A DNA stretch of 58,483 nt, from assembly GCA_036566625.1 (NCBI GenBank), contig DATCWB010000576.1:1-58483 (forward strand), written 5' to 3'. The notes under the pieces are model-generated. The model was not told where the DNA came from. It made no database searches and was given only the letters and a program-made list of their open reading frames with translations. The stretch comes from Pyrinomonadaceae bacterium. Its GTDB lineage: Bacteria > Acidobacteriota > Blastocatellia > Pyrinomonadales > Pyrinomonadaceae. Positions 35,501 through 44,500 of this stretch are shown in pieces (positions within the stretch are counted from its first letter, which is position 1; each line of letters opens with the position of its first letter). Both the position numbers and the translations under genes were made by a program.

Positions 35501-35597
35501 CGTCGAGTTGTTCTCGCAATTTGCGGATTGTGAGAAACGCTTTTTGGAGGGCGGTCAGTTCGCTGGTATTGGGGGTTTCCTGCTTCACATTCTTCAT
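26520..35597 (-). CDS. hybrid PKS-NRPS: KS-AT0-ACP-aminotransferase-LLM monooxygenase-C-A-T (3025 aa)
   Basis: Motifs: DTACSSS/HGTGT/NIGH (KS); degenerate AT (GRGLG); GADSL (ACP); class-III PLP aminotransferase (GSYHGHSDG, YGKILGGG); luciferase-like monooxygenase (WVPERHFHEFGG, VAEEWSLVDNLAGGRV); SHHLLTDGMS (C); YTSGSTGRPKG (A); GGNSL (T). Its ATG overlaps the upstream stop (ATGA). Confidence 0.95.
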   Translation of the reverse strand: MKNVKQETPNTSELTALQKAFLTIRKLREQLDAARATRSEPIAVVGLGCRLPAADSPAAFWELLSQGRDAITEVPRERWNVDALYDPRPGMPGKVYSRRGGFLDNVESFDAAFFGISAREAATVDPQQRLLLEVAWEALEHAGIAPSSLKATLTGVFVGVTASDYACLQLEQNKLPDDPYFNTGAALNACAGRVSYVLGLQGPSMAIDTACSSSLTTIHLACSSLRNRECDMALAGGVNLILASWPNVTLAAAQMVAPDGRCKTFDASADGYVRGEGCGIVVLRRLSDALQAGDRILALIRGTAINQDGASSGFSVPNGIAQQALIRRTLEVAGVAPAEIDYVESHGTGTALGDPIEAGALGAVLGRDAARERPLWIGSVKSNIGHLESAAGVTGLIKLVLAMCNDRIPPTLHINQPNPKIDWDGMNLRPVREPVDWPRGVKRRFAALSSFGVSGSNAHLILEESPSVSVAPPERDRRAHVLTLSAKTPTALAELAARYEEFLAEQTDDAIADICYTANCGRSHFKHRAAIRASRIEDLHVGLAGIRNGQQTPGLFLAGETSSNLASPVFVFSDAEELNPGTGRELYETSAVFRSAIDSCDAARHSDMDATISAVLFAEDDERLRQPTYRLSAQFALLYALAALWQSFGIRPLAVSGRGLGELCAACIAGVFDLEDGLRLVWERARLSSRDDIATHAHGVRFRAPQIAIWPDGRPLAEGIAFDAAYWQRRFQAAVPDPRETINSLTEDRDGPFIEIGLSRELSKLAGQIKPCSLWLPSMSGKGDEWQLPLASLAVAYVNGIEVNWAKLDESIPRQRLHLPTYRFQRKRYWIKERDEIMTPASTEPIVSEADRLRGHRESVKTDIIRLVAEMLREQPANVPLDVPFLEMGADSLILVYAVKQIDERFRVKLEIRQFFEEITTVASLAEFIADRVPPPADVQTPSVSNSASATPVATMPPAPSVGSISLPEAARPVASPEPIGNAFGSELPRIIQAQMELMSRQLDLLQRASVTSQPAITSRTSQAAGEVTTPVETPFAPRANDAGDTVASSVSTARSSPLKDIRYPVTAKSTGMTEQQQSSLDDFIRRFTSRTERSKALAQSCRAGLADSRATVGFRFSTKEILYPITGAEALGSSLKDVDGNTYIDLTMGFGALLFGSRPDFVCQAIADELQRGIQLGMRSDLMEEVTGLFLKLTGTERVVFTNSGTEAVMTALRLARAATGRSKIALFEGSYHGHSDGTLAQRGRDHLSSEPVAPGIPANVARDVLVLEYGSPQSLEILRDHAQELAAVLVEPVQSRRPDFQPVSFLRELRALTEAAGTALIFDEMITGFRAHPAGCQGLFGIDADIATYGKILGGGMPIGAVAGSARFLNGIDGGMWRFGDNSYPGAARTYFGGTFCQHPITMAASLAVLRHLVARGASLQTTLNQRTDKFAETLNTFFAGEELPIRVSHFSSFFRFEFSGNLELFFYHMLAKGIYIWEWRNCFLSTAHTDEELERVVQAVKESVADLRAGGFLPPREPTGRPTTPVSAECRMPVRSDKQTGGSNGHPADNGNGRGFWNRGKSKLGQRGEAVAVAGDTARRSTNKPLAFSLSYFGTYEAAYSPSKYELLIGGARFADAEGFQAVWVPERHFHEFGGLSPNPSVLAAALSRETKRVQLRAGSVVMPLHHPMRVAEEWSLVDNLAGGRVGVAFASGWHPNDFVFAPQSYGRQRELTFEGMEAVRRAWRGEPLSLRDGTGKDVDLKLHPLPRQTELPCWLTIVNNQETYRKAGELGVGVLTNLMGQTLEELTANIAIYRAARAEFGHDPQAGNVTVLLHTYVREDAEQAIREARRPLCDYLLSSMTLFKRLAQSQSLAIDLDGLSAEDREYIVQKAYDKYVAFSALIGSPDTCRPLLENLIAAGVDEIACFVDFGVPTESALRGLPPLNELRKCWAAPSGQSGTVSFPMSEAQQQLWLLTKVSDDGARAYNDPAVLIIEGEIDPDALTASLNQVVARHESLRTTVDPIGDRLIIHPPAPVALQIFDVSAAEDSEDEVRKHLDQFNRTLIDFVNGPIFTATLLKVAAERHVLILGSHHLLTDGMSMMNVINEIDACYVARRRGTAAALEPPLQYREFVRWHEGQRSSPAMKEHENYWLRQFEKLPAAADLPTDRPRPAVKTFDGAIRQLAIDKTLTTRLTKLAGSRGYTPFMLLLAVYTVLLHRLTGRETVVVGCPYAGRAMEGGDSLVGYCAHLLPIVSTITGSPAGMPFSEHLRRVRSTLLDAYQHQDYPFARLLNKLNLKRDISRSPLISTIFNLERPTGESSEGGLQIARYERHVNFARMDLTLTANLVNEGITLECDYNTDLFNAATIDRFLIHYKTLLESVVENPDADLHTLPLLDAAMRQERLRAWNDTESQRVDQCVHQLFESQAERRPDAIAVSDKSPHGVQISYRELNERANRLAHFLRRSGVGAEQRVGICVRRSVDLFVALLGTLKTGAAYVPMDPAYPASRLEQIRDDAQIAMLLTQRELLAELPKTPGAVFCLDQEGDPLARESKVNPNVPADLDHPAYVMYTSGSTGRPKGVVIPHRGLTNYLLWAEHAYMPDGGTAPVVGSIGFDATITSLFVPLMAGGQVDLLPEGEELTALADALRRGSNYRFIKITPAHLDVLNRLLTDAPDAYGTQRLILGGEAISPRALDRWTRNGRLHIVNEYGPTETVVGCCAHDFSEPPEHTVPIGRPISGTRLYVLDDHLQLTPVGVAGELYIGGAGLARGYLGRPDLTATSFVPDPFAGRGGFGLPGERLYKTGDRACYLADGNLEYLGRTDGQIKLRGFRIELGEIESVLLQRPEIVEAVVVLREDEPGNPRLVAYVRPADGDAMSVGKLRDELKRLLPDYMIPSAFVRLDRMPLTTNGKVDRASLPPPDRQRPEQSAEFAAPRNDLERALAEIHRNVLNLDRVGVHDNFFDLGGNSLLAVEAYRRMESLNNGKFQVLDLFKYPTIRSLAEFLGHSEEPPPNGDAEMHRRVVQQKESWRKLANKRKRINT
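26628..29765 (-). other. NRPS module 5: C-A-T, Asn-like specificity code
   Basis: C 28443-29765 (SHHLLTDGMS). A 26883-28400; the 10-residue code read by alignment to GrsA-PheA is DATKIGEVGK, close to remembered Asn codes DATKVGEVGK and DLTKLGEVGK. T 26628-26846 (GGNSL, Ser2952). Confidence 0.8.
29793..35480 (-). other. PKS module 4 with amination/oxygenation: KS-AT0-ACP-AMT-LLM
   Basis: KS 34203-35480 (Cys211 at nt 34965-34967). Degenerate AT 33153-33902 (GRGLG at nt 33615-33629). ACP 32808-33035 (Ser892). Aminotransferase 31053-32375 (PLP Lys1353 at nt 31539-31541). Luciferase-like monooxygenase 29793-30836. Confidence 0.85.
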
Positions 35598-38500
35598 TCC
35601 AAATTGAGCGCTTTCATTTCCTCATCGATCAATGCGGCGATCTGTTCATCGAGCAAGTCTTCGACCCGGCATTCATCAAGCAGGGCTTGGGGGGCCGGGC
35701 GGATGTTCGTCAGTGTGTGCGAGTCGGTTTCGTCCGTTTCGCTTTCCGGGAACAGTTGTTGGAGCAGATGTTCGACGAGGGCTGCGACCGTCGGGTAATC
35801 AAAACAGAGCGAGGACGGGAACTCGCGCCCCACCAGCTGTTGAATCCGATCCTTGATCTGGACGGCCATCAACGAATCCACACCGAGGTCAAAGAACCCC
35901 ACTTCGCGCTCGACAACCTGATCTCCGTCGAGACGCAACACATCCGAGACCAGCGATTGCACCTGACGAGCCAACCGTTCAAATCGTTCGCTCCGCGCCA
36001 TCGCCCGCAAATCGTTCACCAGCGGCGACTGGCCGGTTCCCGCGACAGGCGTTGTTTGCCCGCCAAAGTTATCGAATAAAGGCCGCCGTCCGTGCACCTC
36101 GTAAAGGTTCTTCAAACGCGTCCAATCCACATCGACAACCGCGACGCGACTTTCTCGCGAAGCCAAAAGTTGACCCAACGTGGAAAGCGCCTGTTCAGGC
36201 CGAAGCAAACGAAGTCCTCCGTCCGCGACCCGGCTCCCCCCATCAAGCGTTGACATGCCATCGCCGGCCCATGGCCCCCAGTTGATGGACAGCCCCGGCA
36301 GCCCTCGCCCTCGCCGATACTCGACGAAGCCATCGAGAAAAGCATTGGCCGCCGCATAATGCGCCTGGCTCGCGCTGCCCCACACCGCCGAGATGGACGA
36401 GAAGCAAATGAAAAAGTCGAGGTGCAAAGTCTCGGTGAGTTGATGCAGATTCAAAGCGCCCACGATCTTAGGAGCAAGCGTGCCCATCAACTGTGGCTGT
36501 TTCAATTCCTCGATGGAACACTGCTCGTTGACTCCGGCGGCGTGTACAACTCCCTTGAGTTGGAAAGAATTCGCGGCGAGCGTATCCCGCAGGGCTGCCA
36601 CGTCGGCTTTGTTCGTCACGTCGCCCCGCACAGACAACACACGACATCCTCTTTCTTTCAGGGAACGCAGTGCATTCAACGACCCGTCGGAAGGTTCGCT
36701 GCGGCTCATCAAGACCAGGCAGCCCGCGCCCAGTTCGGCCAGGAACCGAGCCACCTGTAGACCCAGCGCCCCGCAGCCGCCGGTGATCAAATAAGCACCA
36801 TCATCGGATAATCTGACCGTCGGCGATTCAGCCGGGCGATAAGACTCCAAACGGCTCACGTAGCGTTGATTATCGCGCCAGACCACGCAGTCTTCGCCTC
36901 TCGGATTGAGAAGTTCGTCTCTTACGCTGTTCGCCAGGTCTTCACCCTTGAAATCATCCAGGTCAATCAAACCACCTTTACATTTAGGGTGTTCGAGGAA
37001 TAGGCAACGTCCCAGGCCGAGGAGCGCGGTGGCGAACGGCGAGTTCAATTCTGCTGACCCGGCGGATGTTGCCCCTCGCGTCGCCAGCCACAATTTGGGC
37101 GTGCTATCGAGCGCCGCAACAGCCCGCGACAAGTGCACCACTCTGGAGAGTCCGAAATCGCCGACTCCTGAACTTGCGGCTTCCATGTCGGCAGTTGGCT
37201 CCCACAGATACACGATGCCTTCCAACTTACCGACCGTTTCCAACAATCTGCGATGGCCGTCCGACGAGTCGGATTCGATTGACCAACGGGTGTCGCTCAG
37301 GCGTTGAAACCCTGAACCGGGCGACGCGAAAATCACGCGGCGTCCGGTTGCCTCCAATGAGCGGGAGAGTTCCGGCCATTCGTGATCCGCGAGTATCAAC
37401 CATTGTCCTGTACCGTCGGCGATCACCGCGCGCTCAAGAGGTTTCTCCTGCCACACTGCCCGGTAACACAACTCTGCGGAATTAAACCAGTGGCGTTGAC
37501 GCTGGAACGGGTAGGTCGGCAATTTCGTTTGCCGCTCGAAACGACCTCGATAATAGGCAGACCAATCCACCGCTGCGCCGTGAACGAACAACTGTCCGAG
37601 AGTTTCCAGGCATTGACGGTGGTCTGAGACCTTTGGCCGCAGGCTGGGCAAAAAGATGGCTTTCGTGCCCGGCCGAGTTTCGGTCTCACTTTCGGTCTCG
37701 GCCAGCGACGATAAAACGGGTTGAGGACCAACTTCGACAAACAAACGTCCGTCTGCGTTGCGAAGTGTCTTGAGGGCGAGGTCAAACCGAACCGGCATTC
37801 GGACATGACTCACCCAATACTCCGGATTCGTAACTTCGTCCTGAACCAAATTGCCGGACACGCAGGAAACGAATCCAATTTCCGGTCGCCGGTATGAAAT
37901 CGAGCTTGCCACCGGGCGGAATAGTTCGAGGACAGGATCGGTAAGCGGTGAATGGAAGGCGTGTGAGACGTTAAGCTCTCTGGCCGTAATACCCCGAGCT
38001 TGCAGCGACGCAACGATCAGGGCGACAGCCTGCCTTTCGCCGGAGACGACGACGTGCCTGGCTCCGTTGACGGCGGCGATTGAAACTCGGGCGCGATGGG
38101 AGTCGATGGCTGCTGCGACGATTTGCTCAGGTGCGAAGATCGCGAACATGGCTCCGTCACGAGGCAGTTCTGAAAGAAGTCGGCCACGCTCGGCAATTAA
38201 GCGTAAGCCGTCCTCCGGACTGAATACGCCTGCCACTGCTGCGGCGACGTATTCGCCCACACTGTGTCCCGCAACAACGTCCGGCGTCACGCCCCATGAT
38301 CTCCACAATTCGGCGAGTGCATACTCCAGAACAAACAGCGCGGGCTGCGTGTAAGCCGTGTCATTCAGGAGATTCGGTTCCGCCGGTGACGAGCCGGCTT
38401 CCGGAAACAGAACCCTCAGCAGCGGGACTTTCAACTTCCGGTCGAGCGACATCGCTAGCCGGTCAACGATTTCGCGAAAAACAGGTTCGTCATCGTAAAG

Positions 38501-41500
38501 TTGCCGCCCCATGCCGGGATACTGACAACCTTGTCCGGTAAAGAGAAAGCCCACCCCGGTCTTATTCTGGCGGGCGATAACCCGCCCGGATGCTCCCGGT
38601 GCGATGCACGACTGACCGGCTGCGAACGACTCCAACGCGGTTCGCAGGGCGTCAGTTGAATCGCCGATGAGGAACAGGCGGTAATCGAAGCGGTCTTTGA
38701 AAATCGCAGCCGTTGCACAGGCATCGCCGAGGCGTTCATCTGGAAGTTCCAACAGCCGTGCGGCATAGCGGCGAGCAAGTTCTCGCAGCGCCGTCTCGTT
38801 GTGCGCGGAAAGCGCAAGACCATAGTGGTTGCGAGAAGCAGGCGGTGGCGGCGAATCCGTCGAGGCCGCCTGCGGTTGTGGAGCTTCTTCCACAATCAAG
38901 TGTGCGTTTGTGCCACTAAAGCTGAATGAACTGACGCCCGCGATCCGCTTGTTGGTCGCGTGCCAAAACATTCTTTGGGCGGCGACTTTGATTGGAAGTT
39001 TGTCCCAGTCAATATGCGGGTTCGGGGTTTCGAAATGCAGGCTGGGCACGAATTCGTTGCCCTGCATGCAGAGGATCGTCTTGATCAAACTAGCCACACC
39101 GGCCGCCGACTCCAAATGCCCAATGTTACTCTTGACCGTGCCGATCCAGAGTGGGTTATCAACGGCGCGGTCGCCGAAAACGCCGTGCAACGCCTCGACC
39201 TCGATAGGGTCGCCCAGCGAGGTGCCTGTCCCATGCGCTTCGACGTAACTTACCTGCTCGGGCGCAACGCCGGCCACACTCAGGGCGCGGCGGATGACGG
39301 TTGATTGCGACGGACCATTCGGGACGGTCAAACCGCCCGAGCGACCATCCTGGTTAACGGCCGATCCGCGAATCACGGCGAGGACGGGATCGCCGGCCGC
39401 AAGGGCGCTGGAAAGTCGTTTCAGCACCACGATCCCACAACCCTCCGAACGAACATATCCGTCCGCACGGGCATCGAACGCCTTGCATCGTCCGTCAGGC
39501 GCGAGCATGTGAGCTTTGGAGAAATTGATGGACATCTCGGGGCGCAGCAAATAATTGACGCCGCCGGCCAGCGCCATTTCGCATTCTCCCGTTCGGATAC
39601 TCTGGCAGGCAGTGTGGACGGCGACCAGCGCCGACGAGCAGGCTGTGTCCAACGAAATACTGGGACCCTTAAAACCTAAGAAATAAGAGAGACGCCCTGA
39701 TGCTGAACTGTGCGCGTTACCCGTTCCCAGATAGGCGTCGATGCGTTCAACGTCGCCGCCGCTCACGAGGCTAAAGTAGTCGTTGCCCGTTATCCCGATA
39801 AAGACACCTGTATTAGTGCCGGCGTGTTCGCTCGGCACCAGCCCCGAGTTTTCGAGCGCCTCCCAACTGACCTCAAGCAACATGCGATGTTGTGGGTCGA
39901 GGCTCTTTGCCTCGCGGGGCGTGATCTCGAAAAACGCCGTATCGAAGCCCTCGCAGCCGTGGACGAATCCACCATGCCGGCAATTGATTTTTCCCGGCGT
40001 GTCGGGGTTCGGGTCATACCAGGCATTCACGTCCCAGCGGTCGGGGGGAACTTCGGTAATCGCATCGCGCCCTGCACGCAGCAATTCCCAGAAGGCTTCC
40101 GGGCTGTCCGCGCCGCCGGGAAATCGGCAACCCATACCGATCACCGCTATCGGATCATTTGATAAACCCGCCACGCCCGCCGACGAAGCGACTGAATTGC
40201 GCGACGCCCGCAAAGCGCGAAGAGCGCGTTTTGCCGGCGAGAGACTGGGTGCTGTGGCGTCGAGCGATTCGCTGCCGTTTGAGTGAGTGGCGATGGCTTC
40301 GAGTTCGCGCACGAGTAGCGTGGTCGCTTGCTCGTCGGAGAGTTCGTCCAGATCGGAAGCGTCGCTTGCAGCCTCCTCGGAAGCATCCGGTCGCAGACGA
40401 TCACCCACCCTCGTCGCCAGATATTCGGCCAACGGCGCGACGCTCGGGTAGTCAAAGGCGATAGTGGCGGGCAAGGTTTGTCCGAGTCCCTTCTGCAACC
40501 TGTTCTTTAATTCAATGGACGTTAACGAATCCATGCCCATTTGGATAAAAGTTCGACTGTCCGATACTTCATCGGCCGACTCCAATCCGAGCACCGCAGC
40601 GACTTGTTGCGCTACATGCTGTCGCAGCCAGGCGTTAACTTCTTTGGGGCTCTTGCTCTCCAGCGAGTCGAGGATGCCGGGGGTGTCGTCGATGGTCGGC
40701 GCGCCGTTCGATTGCCCGCGACTCTGCGCTAAGACTGCGAACAGAGGCGAAACAGAATGCTGAGCCTCGAAGAACCTTCCCCAATCGACGGGCACGACAC
40801 CGAGTTGACTATGGCCGCAGCTCAAAGCGCGCTCAAGGGCAGCGGCTCCTTGCGCGGGCGTCAGCAAGCCGATTCCCCTGTTGTGCAGGAAGCTACGCGC
40901 GCCGATACGCGCCGCATGGCCGATCTCGGCCCAGCCTCCCCAGTTGATACTGACGGCCGGCAATTGCTCGGCTCGTCGTGCGGCGGCCAGCGCGTCAAGA
41001 AACGCGTTGGCGCTCACATAGTTTGCCTGACCGGCCGAACCGAAGAGGGAGGCCGCGGATGAATAGGCGACGAAAAAGTCGAGCGGGAGATCGCGCGATT
41101 GTTCGTGCAGATGCCATGCGCCCGCGACCTTCGGCGACAGCACGGTGGCAAACCTTGCGGCCGTTAGTTCCTGTAAACTGCCGTCGTCAAAAATCCCGGC
41201 CGCGTGAATGATTCCCCGCAACGGAGGAAGCGTCTTCGAGAACTCCGCAAAAAGCTCTGCCACCTGCTTCCGGTCTGAAACGTCGGCCTGCCGGATCGTA
41301 ACTTGAGCGCCCGCGTCTTGCAGTCGCGCAAGTCGCTCGGAAGTCTCAGGCCGCGCGCTATGCCTTGATACCAGCATCAAATTCCGCGCCCCATGGTTGA
41401 CCAGCCACTCGGCCGCGTGCAGGCCGAGGTCGCCCAGACCACCCGTGATCAAATAGCACGCATCGCCGTGGCATTCGAATTCGACCTGCGGTGCTGTAGC

Positions 41501-44500
41501 GTCGCCGTCTCGGATGATTCGTGCGACATGCCGTTCGTTGCCGCGAGAGGCTACTTGATCCTCGGTCGGGCGTCGGAGTTCGTCGAATATCACGCGGGCA
41601 TCGTCCGCTCCGACATGGGCATCAAGATCGATGCAAAGGCAACGAAGTTCAGGGTGCTCCAGCGCAATGCTCTTGCCCAATCCCCACAACGGCGAAGCGG
41701 CGAGTCCCGGCAACGCCTCGCCGGAAACCGAGGCGGCCCCTCGCGAAACTATCGCCAGACGCGGCGGCTCGGCCAGGCTCGCGCCGGCCAGCACCCGGGT
41801 CAAATAGAGAGTCGATTCGCAGAGCCGGAGCGAGGCAATCGGCAGAGCGTCGCCCCGCGCTCCTAACGCGGATTCGTCCGCCGCCCACAGATAGACACAA
41901 TGGCTGATTTCGGCGTTGACCAAAGTCTCGACGAGTTGATGATAGTCGTCGCTCCGGCCGGGATTGATCTTGAACGTCTTCTCATCGAGGCGGGAAAAAT
42001 CGCTCCCTGGCGTCACTAACGTACACGCGGTTCCGTCCGACGCCAGTAGGTCGGACAACTCTTTTCCCAGCCCCTGTTCATCGCCGAAGAGAAGCCAATG
42101 CTCACCCTTCCCTTCCGTCCGGTTCAAATCCCCCGTCGCGCTGGCGAGCATGAGCGCCTGGTGCGCAGGCTCGCACACGAAACTCTGCACGTCGCCGAAG
42201 CCGTCGGCCAACAGAAGTTTGGCCCACCGATCCGGCGCGATCAACGGGTGATGAGTGCGAACGTCCGTATCGCTGAAACTCCACCACGGCGCGGTCATGC
42301 CATAAACCAGATCGACCCACGGCTGCGCGGCGGTTCCCTCCACCACGAGTAACAGTCCACCCGGCGCTAACAGTCGACGCAGGTGTTTGACGCTGCGGCG
42401 CAGGTTCATGGTCGCGTGCAGAATGTTCGGCGCGATCACAATGTCGTAGCCGGGGATTTCGAAACCCTGTTCCTCCGGGTCATTCTCAATATCCAAACGC
42501 AGGAAGTTAATAAAGGTGTACCCGGCGAGGTTCTGCCGGATCGCCTGCGTCCCCGCGGCGGCAATGTCGGTGAATGTTGCCCGGGAAACGTCGGCCAGGT
42601 GGTACTCAATCCTCGATCCGTCGAGCTGAGGTACTAAACCGGATATAGTGCCGTCCATCCCGGCCCCGACCTCTAATATCCGCAGGCCGCGCCGGCCGGG
42701 AACGCGCCGGCAGACTTCTTCGAGAGCGGCCAGCATCACCCGATTGAAGACCTGTGACCCTCTCGCATCGCGGAACAGAGACGCGGCTGTGATCGCCTCC
42801 TGCTGCGGAAACAACAACTCGTTGAGCGGTTCGCAACTGCCCGACAAAACATCGGCCAGCGCTGTGCCGCACCGATCCGTGAGCGTCAACTCGGTGGCGA
42901 TTTCCGGATACTGTTCCCGCAAAACTCGATTGGCATCATTTGGATTGACATCGTCGGCTGTGCGGGTCACCGTCCATCCGTCGCCGTCGCGCCGCAGCAC
43001 GCCGGCCTCTTCCAGAATGCCGAGCAGCCTTTTCAGAAACGCCTGTTGGCGTCCGACCACGCGAAGATCACCTGCGGCAAATCTATCGCCCTTTCGTAAT
43101 GCGCAGCCCAACCTGCGAAACGCTGTCGTAATGTAGCTGACTGAAAGTCGGTTGAGTTCCGCGAGCCCGTTGCCACAGCGGTCGAGCTTCAGCAAGGCCG
43201 CGCTTTCGTGCAACTGATAATTAAGAGCATCCGCGATTTCGGCGGGCGCAGGCAGATACGCCGAGCTGGAAGCAGGATCGATAAGTCCACGCCGCTCCCA
43301 CGTCTGGCGATAGAGAAATTCGTCAAGGTCAAAGTCGTCCGACGTTAACTCTTTTCTTGAAGCCAATCGTGCTTCGAGACCTTCGATGACCGCAATCGTT
43401 TGCCCGCTATCGTCAAAGAGCCGAATGTTTGCACGGAGTTCGGTTGAGGCGGACGACTCCAATTCGGCATGACACCACAGGGCAGCCTGTGGCGAGCGGA
43501 ACACCGACAGACGCTTCAAACCCACCGGCAACCAGGTCTCCCTCAAATCTTCCGCGTCGGGTAGTAACGACATCAACACTTGAAAGCAGGCATCGAGCGT
43601 ACACGTATCCAGCGTTCGCTCGTGGCGCATCGTCGCCGCCCGTTCGGAAAGTTGAATCCGAGCCAAAGCCTGACGGTCACGCTTCAATAGTTGTCTGATC
43701 AACTGAAAATCGGCGTCGTACTCAAGACCGCGTCTCCGGCACTGCGCATAAAACTCTCGAACCGGAATCTCGTCAACGATCCGGGTTCGCAGGTCATCAA
43801 GCGGCTCGACCGGCAATAGGTCTTCTGCGCTGTCAAGGACGATGCGCACCTCCGCGTAGGTCGTCCACGCGCCGGCCGGATCATTCTCTTCGCGGCCACG
43901 GAATGTATAACCATCACCGTTCCCTTCGTCCGCCGCCGCTACGAGTTTGACCCGCTTCGCTCCATCCGCGTTGATCGGCATCGCCTGATGAATGCGAAAG
44001 TCTCTCAGCGCGCTCCTCTCGGCTTGAGCGCCTTGATGCGCCGCCGTGAGAGCCATTTCGAGAAACGCAGCGGCGGGCAGGATTACCTGTCCAAACACAC
44101 GGTGTCCGCCAACAAAGTCGTCTAACCGGAACAGCCGTTCACACGATCCGGCAGCCGTATCGTCGCCGATGGGTGTGACGCCAGACCCCGCCCGGCGCGT
44201 CGCAGAAGGTTTGAACCAGTGCCGTTTCCGATTGAAAGGATAGGTTGGTAGATCAAACCGCCGGCCGGAATGTTCCCGGTAGTAGCGCGCCCAATTGACG
44301 TGTGCGCCGTTGACGTAAAGCTGTCCCAGGCTCTCAAAGCACTGGCGGCGATCATTGCCATTGCGCCGCAGGCTGGGCAGGCACAGGCGACGGGAATCAC
44401 TCACGTTCGACGCCGCGAGGCCAGACAACACCGGATGAGGCCCGATTTCGAGGAGCAGACGGCAGTTCAACTCATCGAGCGTGTTGAGCGCGCTGTGAAA

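Noticed and set aside
42146-42808. Enoylreductase between the DH and KR of module 2.
   Set aside because: The segment has SAM-methyltransferase motifs (EVGAGxxG, NILHAT, LAPGG) and lacks the ER NADPH-binding signature. No ER is present anywhere in the cluster.
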